DNA of 20,000 bases from Asterionella formosa (Eukaryota): positions 51,009 through 71,008 of the forward strand of contig NKIB01012763.1 of NCBI GenBank assembly GCA_002256025.1, read 5' to 3'. The notes under the pieces are model-generated. The model was not told where the DNA came from, ran no database searches, and saw only the letters and a program-made list of their open reading frames with translations. The translations under genes and the position numbers were made by a program. Below are positions 1 through 10,337 of this stretch, piece by piece; the first letter of the stretch is position 1; every line of letters starts with the position of its first letter.

Positions 1-107
1 TATACCGGTATATAAGCAATAGTCTACCAGGAATTCCATGCTTGGTGCCAGGTTGTTTATTATATTAATAAATAGTTCTTGTTCCTATTGACGTTTGTTC
101 GTTCACG

Positions 108-3105
108 ATGACGGACGACGCTTCCGCGGGAACTCCACCGAAAGGAGCTTGTCTCCATTGCAACGCCGAAAACAATAAAATACAAGTTCACTGTGACTCT
201 TGTGGAGGTTTCATTTGCTCCGAATGTCATTGGTGTCATGAAGTAAGTCAATTTTTTCAGCAACAGCCTCGTCCACTATCTCGCTCTGACAGCTAGGTTC
301 TAGACGGCTGCTGTCGTAGGATACGTCTAAACACTAACTCACTATAAAGTTTCAGGCAAATCATGAAATAAGGGTTTGCGATCGATGTGATTCATTCTTC
401 TGCAAGGATTGCGACGAAATGGATCAATGCGACGACTGCGGCGAGGTCGTTTGCAGTGGCTGCTGTTCTCTTCTCAGTTGCAAGTTCTGCGGAGGAGGAC
501 TCTGCGAAGAGTGCGCTGTAGCGTGCGGAAGGTAAGTATCCAAGAAAGGTGGAAGAAGAAGCGCCATTTCTGTTGTATCCTCTGCAAAGCTGACCAATTA
601 ATTCCCACGACCGCCTAAATATTGCCTCACACCTTGCTGTCATTATTCCCAAACAGATGCGGTATCGTTCTCTGCGCTCGAGACGCGAAGTTTGCCGTGG
701 AGTGCGATACTTGCAAACTATCTTACTGTCTTGTTTGTCTTGCCAGTGGCCAAAAAGAAGCTTGCCTTCGATGTGGACATCGACCGTCGAAACGTATGGA
801 ACAACTTGTTCACCTTCGACTAAAATCCATTTACAAGGCATTTCAACAGTCGGCACGGACCAGTGATAAGCACATCCATCTCAAACGAGCAGCACTTGCG
901 GCACAGAAGAAAGCAATGGGCCCAAAGATTGATCCAGCAATACAGCAGGCACAGGCCGATGCAGCAGCTGCTTCTCTGTTGAAGGAATTAGAAGAGGAAG
1001 AAGCACAGGCCAAAAAACAACCAAGTAAGAAGAAGAAAAAAAGAAAAAAGAAAAGGGTTGGAGAGGATGGTGACGAAGAGGATAGAAATGAGGCCATGAA
1101 GGATGTAAATTTGGATGATACAGGGCCCGATGACAAGTGGGAGGGTGCCATTGATAAATGCCAACAACCACCACAAAACGCGGAAGTCCCAGGAAACCAA
1201 TATTCCACTGCGTATGCCATGACGAGCGACGATCAGCCACACAAAAACCCGTCAATCGACAAACTTGCAAAGCGATCATCTCATCATAGCAACGGTATTG
1301 GGGCACAGCATGTGGATGAGGTGAGAAACTCTGTGGAGGAGTGTGTCATTCCAGTAAATCGAGCAGCAACGACACCGCTTTATGAATATAAACATTCGCT
1401 GATGGAAGAGATGGAAGAAAAATTGCTTTCTTTAGTAACATCCCGAGACAGTGCTGGCATCGAAGACCTCCTGGAAAAGTGGAAGGGCGTCCCGGGTCGG
1501 TCCGTCCTCCGAAAAAATGCCAAAAAGGCCCTCAAGAAATTAAAGGAGGACGAAGCTGGAAATAATAAAGAACCTTTGCTCGCACTCGTCTCTTCTGCAC
1601 CGAAATTGAAGACTTTTGAAGTGGTCTTGGAAATGTCACCTATGGTGGTTGGTTGGGTTATCGGCAAGGGCGGAGTCAAGATTCGTGACATCATGGAGGA
1701 ATCGGGAGCAAAGGTATGGATTGATCAAGAATCAATGCGAATACACCAGCCTCGGATTGTATATGTGAGCGGTCCAAAGGACTCTGTAGATTTGGCAGTT
1801 ACTATGATACAGAGCGCAGTGAACGACGCACCAAAGGAAGGTGGAGATTTTCTCAAGGATGAAGAAGTTGTTGCTGATCCTCAATTTGCTTTGGAAAAAA
1901 GTGGATCACGAAAAGACTGTGAGAAAGGAGATTGGGCCGAACACAAAATGTCCTGCGAAGCCGGATTCGTTCCTCTTTTAATTGGTAAAAGAGGTTGGAC
2001 CATCAAGCACATCCAGGATTCAAGTGGAGCTAAGGTTGATATTGACCAAAATGTGACGCCGCGTGTGGTGACAATAACTGGTCGATCAGAATCCGTTCAA
2101 ACTGCCATTCGCTTGGTACGAGATGTGCTGTCGTATCCTGAAGGACAGCTTCAGCGGAAGGAAAGCGAAGACAACATCGTGGACTTTGATCTCAGTGGTC
2201 CTGCGCATTCCCCACCTCCCTCGTCACTCATCATGATGTCGACCATCTCGGCCTCTTCTTCCCTATCGTCCACGCCAGAGCCATCGATGGCATCGTCCAA
2301 ACAAGGGCGATGCGTCAATGACTTCAATCATCTCCAGCAACAGTATTTTCCCCAGCCTCCTGGTATTTTCGATGGACGGGTAGAGTGCTATTCGTCAGAC
2401 GTAATTTCTGGACTAGCACAACGCCAGCAGTCAAATTTCCAACTTGCAGCCTTTTCAAGCCAACAGAACCCCCTTCAACATGAGCTCGTTGCTCCACAGA
2501 ATGGCTTTCATCATCCACTATTGGGAGCTCCTAGTGTGTCTAGAATGGTTCCTCCTGGTCTTGGGTGTTCGACTGATGCATACAAAGTGCACCTCACGAC
2601 GCCTCGGAGCATGCCACCGCCTCCACAAAGACCCCCTCTGACTCAACCCGTCGTTCAAAACCAATTTCAGAAACAAGGAAGTATCTACCAACAGAGGCAA
2701 GCATCTGCTCCCGACTCAGCATTGATGGATTGCGTTGATCAGCTCGGGCACGAATACCAACCGAATCAGCCGCCGCAACGTCATTCTTCTGGCCCATGGG
2801 ATGCACAAAATAACTTGGTCCCCCCCTATGTGCTGCACCAGCAACAACCCCCCATGAACTCAGTCAGGTCCATTCATTCGTCACATGTTGGGGCTTCACT
2901 TTCGTCAATCCAAGATGATTCTAATTTGGTGGACTCGCTATTTGGGCCAAGTGACTCAAACCTACTAGACGATTTACAAGGCTTGAATATAAGTGGATGG
3001 GGAGGAACAGGTAATACAGGTAATTGGAAGGTAGAAAAGGCTGGCAATAGTCGGCTAGTTTTGGAAGATCAATTCCCATCCGAATCTCGATTCAATTGGG
3101 GATAA
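108..3105 (+). CDS. Cys-rich (multi-CxxC, putative zinc-binding) and tandem KH-domain RNA-binding protein, ~921 aa; exons 108-242, 350-531, 657-3105
   Basis: Introns 243-349 (GTAAGT...CTAAC...AAG; alternative in-frame CAG acceptor at 355) and 532-656 (GTAAGT...CAG) give one open frame of 2766 nt. The N-terminus has 13 CxxC motifs. Two type-I KH domains carry GxxG loops (VIGKGGVKIRDIMEESGAKV ~1615-1830; LIGKRGWTIKHIQDSSGAKV ~1940-2130). There is a Lys-rich NLS-like tract at ~1012-1056 and a Q/P/S-rich C-terminus. Confidence 0.88.
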
Positions 3106-3391
3106 TATTTCATTAGATTGGAACGATTACCTTTAAATAATGAAGCAAAGGAAGGCAATGCGTCGAAAAGGAAGATGGAGAATGATTGAATACTTTCGAA
3201 TTGAATGTTTATTTGGATGAATTTATGGCTTACTGCGATGGCCATGAGTTGCATCAGAGCGACATACTGCTTCGTGTCGCTCATATGTGGTTTACTGCTT
3301 CTGACCACATGAACTAGACGAGATCATTTCATAGTAGCAACTTTTCCATACTAGAACTCGGAGTTATTACTTTTTATTTTCAGTATTTGAG

Positions 3392-3548
3392 GTGCTTACT
3401 TTCGTCCAATGGCTTCATTCAAAACAATTCCATGCCCTGAATACAGATTTTTACCGAAAAGTTTGCTGATGTGCTTACTTTCGTTCAATGGCTTCATTCA
3501 AAACAATTCCGTGCCCTGCATACAGATTTTTACCGAATAGTTTGCTGA
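3392..3548. repeat. 79-bp tandem duplication (2 copies)
   Basis: The unit GTGCTTACTTTCGT(C/T)CAATGGCTTCATTCAAAACAATTCC...GTTTGCTGA starts at 3392 and 3471, with 4 mismatches over 78 nt. Confidence 0.95.
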
Positions 3549-3690
3549 AGAGTAGGTTTTGGAGTGATGAACTAATCACATTGCTTTTTGATAGGTTGTA
3601 CAGTGGGAAATTATCTACCGGTAGTCGTACATCCCTTACCTTACGCCTTCCTTTGCACCGGAAAGAAAATAACCTTTCAAATCTACAGTA

Positions 3691-5205
3691 CTACTTCTCC
3701 ACATCATCGAGTCCCTGACCGATGCCTGATTCCTCGAACACTAGCTCCCCAGCTAGCTTCATGGATCTGGCACAGTCCTTGACATTGACAGCGGTTCGAT
3801 ATCTCAGAATTTCTGCGTACTCAGACTTGATTTTGCTCCACTTTCCAAAACCATATCTGATTATTCCTTGCCTGACAGCGTTCTTTTCATCAGCAGTCCA
3901 TACTAGGCGTGTTCCAGGTAGCCGAGCCACTGTAGTAGCAGCTTTCTTCACAGCAGGTGCTGCTTGTGAAAATGTCATCTTGGTCGGCACAGAGCTCAGC
4001 TTAGGACCTTCTGCTTCCGAAACGCTGCTATCATCAAAATCCAAAGACCTTGCCGTATTTTTCTTTTCATAAAGTGTACTCGTAGTTTTGGACCTTTTGG
4101 CTTGCCGGGCAACGTCTCGAATCTCTTGAAGGGGATCTGCAAAATCTTCGCGAAGGTGCTTCCTTGCACTTCTGAGTTTCCTCATCGCTTCCCTCGAGTT
4201 TTCTTTGTCATTTTTGATTATAGCTGGGCATTTAACATCATCTAGTTCATCAAAATGATGGGAAGGCCACACACGGCTTTCCCGTTCACAAGAAAATGGT
4301 GCTGAGCCGGGCTCATCGAAATTGTTACTGCTTGTATCGTCAATCTCGATCAAACTTGTCCTTCCTGGACCTTCTCGTGTAGAAAACGTGGTGGACAAAT
4401 TCTTTTTCAAATTCTTGGTCGCTTTCCCCTCTGGAGCTGTATGGGAGACACAGAGACTAGCTGGACGCTTCAAGCGATTGAGTGATATCATAAGCTGCGG
4501 AAGGTACATGCGCAGAACTTTGGAGGCAAAGTAATCCAGTGAAAGGGGCTTCTGATTAATCGCAACATCACGCAAACCTTTCTCCATCTCGATAAATTTT
4601 TTCAAAAGATCGAACGCAAACTTGTCTCTTTCTATGGCCTTCAATGAAGAACTGTTTCATTGCAATCAATTCCACGGTGTTAGATGATAGCCGAATGCAT
4701 TACATGCCCCTGTAGCCGCCTGTTTCAAAACGAGCATCGATAACACTTACTTCATACGAGACTTATCGGTAAGTTCCTTGCCGCGAAAGTGACTCAGAAT
4801 AAGCTGCATACGAAGCAATCGCATCGTTTTGAGGTAGGTCTTGGCGACGTCGTTGTTGGCGGCAAATTTGTCCTCTAACGGTATCATGGTCTCCACGAGC
4901 TCGAGCCAGTTGTCTGTCGTCATGAGTTGCAAATCAATAATCCAACATTTGGCTAAGATGTAATACGCAGACATAGGAATGTCTTTTTGAAAGAACTAAA
5001 TAGAATTCGATGTGCAACACGATGATAAGAGTAAGCATCAAGGCGTCATCAAAGCAACAACAACCAATTGGTTTCTCCTTACCTGAACTGTTTCCCACCA
5101 TTCTTCTTGTCGGAAAAGGCCACCAACTATTTCTTGACAGACATAATCAACAACTTGAGCTACAGCTTCCTGAGCTGCTTCAGGAACAAATGTTGCCATG
5201 GCCAT
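3691..5205 (-). CDS. Telomere-repeat-binding-factor (TRF)-like protein with single C-terminal Myb/telobox domain, ~442 aa; exons 5205-5083, 4995-4751, 4651-3691
   Basis: Introns 5082-4996 (GTAAGG...TAG, phase 0) and 4750-4652 (GTAAGT...CAG, phase 2) join into a 1329-nt open frame. There is an in-frame TGA just upstream of ATG 5205. The C-terminal WTADEKNAVRQGIIRYGFGKWSKIKSEYAEILRYRTAVNVKDCARSM matches the TRF-type Myb pattern (W-T-x-x-E...G...YG.G.W..I...RT.V.xKD). Confidence 0.82.
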
Positions 5206-6026
5206 CTTGGCATGTCACAATGTTCACTTCGAAAATTATGTGCATATGACAAATTTGAACGAAAGTTGGAATAACCATCTGTATGTACCGGTAGTACAAA
5301 CCGCCCGCCGGTTGAGATTCAAAAAAAATCGCGACGGAACAAGGAGGAACTGAGACCACAGTTGACATCATGCATAACGGTCGCTGGTAGAATGTGACGA
5401 TTTTCCAGTCTTACCGGGAGCTACCAGTCAAAAACTGCTTAAGACCACAATAACGGGATGACCTCACATTTTGACCTACAACCGTTTTTTGGGGGCTGTT
5501 CCAAGGTTGCCAGGAGAAAACCTATCTGGCCGCTTTGCCCACCTGCCCCATCCATATGGGATGCTTGGGAGGCATCATGGGAGGATTCTAGCTCCTCTCG
5601 TCACAAATTCACTTGTTCGTGAGTGGTGCTGAGCAAGGCACGACCCCATCATCCTTGAGTGTCATGGTGTCTGGTGAGGCGCCCTGCCCCTATCATCTGG
5701 GAGAAGTAGTGTGAGACTTTCAGTTATTAAAAACCTGTGTGCAGCCCCAGTCTTGACCAGTATGCAGTCTGCCCTACCCATCAGGGGCCCATGGATTGAA
5801 CTACAGACTTTTTCAATTTTAGCTATAGCTACAACAATCATATATACTATGAACAAGTCATTTGTTGCACACATGAACATGTAGGATGTCTTAATGCAGG
5901 CACAATCAATGTTGTGTGCCAAATGATGAGATAAACGACGCGGAAAACATTAAGGGAGGAACATCAGAATTTCTTCATTGAGCTGGTGGGCTGACATTTT
6001 ATATTCATTTACATTATTAATATATA

Positions 6027-6747
6027 CTCCCTCTGTTCGACTGTAGTTGCAACAATTCTTTTAATTGGCCTGCCTGATTCACGTCCTTAAAAGAAGCCCT
6101 GAGTAGATGTAATGTGTATTTTCTATGCAAGACAATGCTGGCGATGGGTGCATGGGTTAGATTAGTATATTTAGGCATGTATAGCTAACGCTAAATAGCA
6201 ACACATGTGGATCATTTTGGGAAATTGATTTCGTTGGGCAGCTTACTGACCTTTCCATATGTTTTTAATATTGGCTTTTCCTACCAAAGAAATATAGCTA
6301 AAATAATTAACAAGCATGCTTTTCTGGACAAAATATATTTCGATATACAGACATCGAAACATATAGCTTAAGTTTGGTGCACAGCTGGCCATCCATATCG
6401 GTGGTCTCATCAGCCTCCCTTTTGAGGTTGCGAAGCAAGCAAATAAAATTGTCGCTGTTATGGTGTTAAATCCTTCTCCATAAGTCTAGCTAGTATTGAC
6501 TAACAAAGGGTCAACGAAAGAGGGTGGAGGACCAGAACAAATTGTCAAATTGGGGTGTGATTCTATAAAAAGTGCGCCAAAAATAAATCGAGGTCAGGTT
6601 CACCTATTTCTACACTACTTAGAACATATATCATATGCACCATTCAGTTCGGTTTTTAAAGAGAAGGCTGATAGCTGGCTGGAGAATTATTGGAGCATAT
6701 GCTTCATGAGAGGCAGTGACCTAAAGTTTGGCTTCAACTATAGGGAG
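6027..6747. mobile_element. Probable Stowaway/Tc1-mariner-like MITE, degraded
   Basis: The left end is TA|CTCCCTCTGTTC...GTAGTTGCA (6025-) and the right end is ...TCAACTATAGGGAG|TA (-6749). CTCCCT termini with TA flanks are the Stowaway signature. The right TIR appears to lack ~10 nt, and the interior is AT-rich and CpG-poor. Confidence 0.45.
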
Positions 6748-6752
6748 TATGA

Positions 6753-7240
6753 TATTGCAAATATAGCGGTAGGATGTTGCATCAGGCGTGATAATGACTG
6801 TGACCACGATGTATATAGATTTAATGACATGCATCATGTTCATAATATTGGCAAGGCTATCAGGGAGTTGTGTCTGTTCATATTTACTATACTTCATGGG
6901 CTTAAGGGTCATTCAGAAAATCTTTATGTATTTGCAAGTTCTAGTTGTTTTCAGCAAAATTTAGTCTTTGTCGGCAAGTTCTCAATGTAGAAAGAGATGA
7001 TTTCTATTTCTATTCCAAAGCTAGAAGCCGGTTTGCTGAACTGGTTCATCAGCCAGCAAATCCGAGGTGTATTCAGAGACTGATTCTGAAAATCATCATT
7101 GGTCAAGGAGAGAAATGTTTTTCCAAATTACTTGAGGAATATTATTTGCATCGAACGCTGGCCTATTTCATCTGGCAGGCATGGGATGATGAACCATTGG
7201 GAGAGAGTCGAAACTGAAAGGGGTGCATAAAACGTGCTCT
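6753..7240 (+). repeat. Dispersed ~0.5-kb repeat, copy A (contains ~2.5 units of a 20-bp minisatellite at 6934-6982)
   Basis: It is colinear, in the same orientation, with 10338-10905. Shared blocks include TATTGCAAATATAGCGGT, TATTGGCAAGGCTATCAGGG, CATTCAGAAAATCT, GTAGAAAGAGATGATT and GGAATATTATTTGCATCGAA. Confidence 0.9.
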
Positions 7241-7469
7241 ACCAGACCTTCGCGGTAAACATCAGAAGAGCACGGAGTATTGAAATTTATTTTTCTTGCA
7301 CACGTCGTGTGTGTCTTCATATCCTGTGTACCAGGTAGTGCCTAGAATAACGTCGTACCTACCTGGTACCACCGCTGTCGCAACAATTATTGTTTGAGCA
7401 TCAGTTCCAAGCCTTCCATCAACCGCTGAAATTATAATTATCAACGTCTCTTCTCGCCTCCACCTTCAC

Positions 7470-8480
7470 ATGGACTCTCTTGCCGCTGCCGCTGCCGCAA
7501 CCTTCGCTGCTACTGGTGGTCTGCCATCTACAGCACCCTCTCTGCCTTCGTCACAAGGTGGGATGGAAGATTTGCTGCCACTTGTATTGCAATTAACGAA
7601 TGCAGATCAAGTAAGTCTGAGCTTGCAGCAACCATCCTACATGTGCTCTCGCTTTTTTTCTTTCACTCATAAGCCTGCTTGTATGATTAACTTAAATTAG
7701 AGGGAAGTGGTCTTGTTGGAACTCTCCAAAAAGAGAGAATCTTTTGTCGATTTGGCTCCCATTCTATGGCATTCTCCTGGCACGATCGCGGCGCTACTGC
7801 AAGAGATTTGTTCCATCTATCCACTCTTGACACCACCAACACTAACGGCCCATGTATCAAATAGGGTTTGTAATGCCCTAGCCCTGCTTCAGTGTGTGGC
7901 TTCTCACAGCGAGACAAGGACTCCCTTTTTGCAAGCACATTTGCCACTCTACCTTTATCCCTTTCTCAACACGTCATCCAAGTCTCGCCCCTTTGAATAC
8001 CTTCGGCTTACTTCTCTTGGGGTCATTGGAGCTCTTGTCAAGGTCGATGACTCGCAAGTCATTCAATTTTTGCTGCAGACTGAAATTATTCCGCTTTGTC
8101 TCAGGATTATGGAAACGGGTAGTGAACTGAGCAAGACGGTAGCTACCTTCATCATTCAAAAAATCCTCTTGGACGAGGCCGGCCTAAATTACATTTGTCA
8201 AACAGCAGAACGCTTCTATGCAGTTAGTACAGTCCTCGGAAACATGATACAGCTCCTACAGGTTCATCCATCTGTCCGACTTTTGAAACATGTTGTTCGT
8301 TGCTATTTACGTTTGGCCGACCACGAGCGAGCTCGAGAAGCCTTGCACACGTGCTTGCCAACCAGTTTGAGGGATAATACATTTGGTGCGGCACTTCATT
8401 CGGATGCCACCATTCAAAAATGGTTGAGCCAATTGTTGGAAAGGGTGGAAACGAGCTCAGGAGGTGCTGGAGTCGAGTAA
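7470..8480 (+). CDS. CNOT9: CCR4-NOT complex subunit 9 (Rcd1/Caf40), ~306 aa; exons 7470-7610, 7701-8480
   Basis: Intron 7611-7700 (GTAAGT...TAG, phase 0). Hallmark Rcd1 motifs are [73 protein letters not shown] and [13 protein letters not shown]. Confidence 0.97.
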
Positions 8481-8959
8481 ACAGTTTCCTGACAGGTAGA
8501 GGTGGGTTCATATGGCAACATTGCCATGCCAATAGTGAACTAGACAAGACAAGCTCGAAAAGTTTCAAAATTTCAAAACCTGATGTAAAAATTATACATT
8601 GACTTGAAGGTTGGATCTTGCAACAAAATTTGTCCTGGTGCGTCAAATGAAGAGGAATCCGAAAGATGAAACAAAGACAACTCAATTAAAGCAGTAGAAA
8701 AATCTACGTAAACTATCTTGGTTGTTGCAAAGTAATCTTGGGAATTTTAGACATTCAGAAATATATCTGTGATGTGATGATAAATCAATTGTATTCCTAG
8801 AATCTATAATATAACCTCATTTATTAAGCATCTTAAAACTACTCAAGGGCTAGTAGATGAACCTATATGGCATTTCCTCGCATTCACAGCCCAGTTATTT
8901 AGTTATTCGAGGCGCTGAAGGGCAGATACACTCTCTCTTGTGAGAGTCTGTGTGCACTG

Positions 8960-9064
8960 TGTGATTTGTGATTTGTGCTTTGTGAAGTGTGCTTTGTGCT
9001 CTGTGATTTATGCTGTGTGCTTTGTGGGATGTCCTTTGTGGAATGTCCTTTGTGGGATGTGCTT
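8960..9064. repeat. Degenerate 7-bp tandem array (TGTGNNN x ~15, with 14-bp higher-order units)
   Basis: The units read tgtgatt tgtgatt tgtgctt tgtgaag tgtgctt tgtgctc tgtgatt tatgctg tgtgctt tgtggga tgtcctt tgtggaa tgtcctt tgtggga tgtgctt. Confidence 0.9.
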
Positions 9065-9687
9065 GATAGGACGTATTTTGTGGGACTGTTTTGTTGTCAA
9101 TTGTCCAAGCCGTTGGTGCAATGTGAGAGATTCTGACGATGCTGTTTTCAAGGTCTGCCCATTTCTCCAGTACTGGTTTCCAGTCAGATTGACGTTGGGG
9201 GGGGTGGCCAAACTAGGGGAGATTTTCTGTTCTTCATCCTTATAATAATGGCGATATAACTTGGCGTAATCACACAAATGCTATCATTCTAAAGGAATAA
9301 TGTGTAATATATATTATGAATATATGTAGATAATATATACTTATATTCATTATTGTCATGATCACTCCCATGAATGTGCATGACGAACAAGTTGAGAATG
9401 ACGATGCTGTTTCAGCTGTCACATACGGTAATCGTTTTGAGATTTATCGAAACTGGCGGTGCAATTACCAGTACCAGGTACCAAGAAGGCCCAGTAGCGC
9501 ACGTTTTATGCGGACTTATTCAGTCTCGACTCACTCACTACCAATGACTCGTCCCTTGCCTACCTGACAAGATAGGCTGGCTTTCCATTCCGAACTCTCT
9601 TAAGAAACTTTCTATAATGTTAAATTATCAATCATTAAATTCAAGTCTTGCTCTGATCATCGAAATCGTGTTCATCCACTTCTGCTG

Positions 9688-9858
9688 GTATTGGTATTCA
9701 GCAACTGCAAGACGGTTTACAAATGGAATTCACCAATCAGTAACTTCTAGTCATAGTCAGCAAATTCTAGTTAGTCATAGTTAACAAATTCTAGTCGTTG
9801 TCAGCAAGTTCTAATGGTTGTCAGCAAGTTCTAGTCGTTTTCAGCAGATTTCTAGTTG
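9688..9858 (+). repeat. Partial third copy of the dispersed repeat with ~6 units of the 20-bp minisatellite (consensus GCAA(G/A)TTCTAGTCGTTGTCA)
   Basis: Minisatellite units lie at 9738-9858. The preceding AAGACGGTTTAC...TTCACCAATCAGTAA resembles AAGACGGTTTAC...TTCATCAGTCAGTAA at ~10687-10720. Confidence 0.8.
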
Positions 9859-10337
9859 TATGTACTCACCAACTGGATCAGTACTGGTACTCATAAACAA
9901 AAGAGTCATTTTGAAAATTTCAATGGACTATTAATTGATATATTGTTATATAGAGAATCAAACAAAATTTGGCTCGACCTACAGATTTTCGTAGTGTAGC
10001 CGGTTGCATACTGTGAAAGTGTTGAATCTCGTCGTAACTTCGTCGTTTTGAATTGTGCATCATCTAAACTATGTGAAGAAAAGCGCCATTGGCGACTTCA
10101 ATTTTCGTTGTCAATATTAGTGTTATTAGAATTATTTTTTGACGATTGTATTATCAATGTCGCGTTAGATATATGTAACCAATAGCAAATCATCATTCTC
10201 ATTTTCGTGGAGGAATTCGCTATTTTCATCATGGTCAAGGCAGAGATGGCATGATGCAGGATTCTCCAGCTGCTCGCAAGAACTACACTGTAGCCTTATA
10301 TACCATATATATATAGAAAACTTGAAAACTACCAAGT

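Noticed and set aside
622..656. ORF-track start (TTG 622) of the 827-aa ORF
   Set aside because: It lies inside intron 2. The real frame is entered by splicing at 657 from upstream exons.
6496..7217. 164-aa and 90-aa ORFs as genes
   Set aside because: They have non-ATG starts and cross a MITE/repeat boundary. The second repeat copy has indels and stops that do not preserve the frames.
8940..9245. Cys-rich 101-aa ORF as a metallothionein or zinc finger
   Set aside because: The Cys periodicity is a by-product of the TGTG heptamer array, and the start is GTG.
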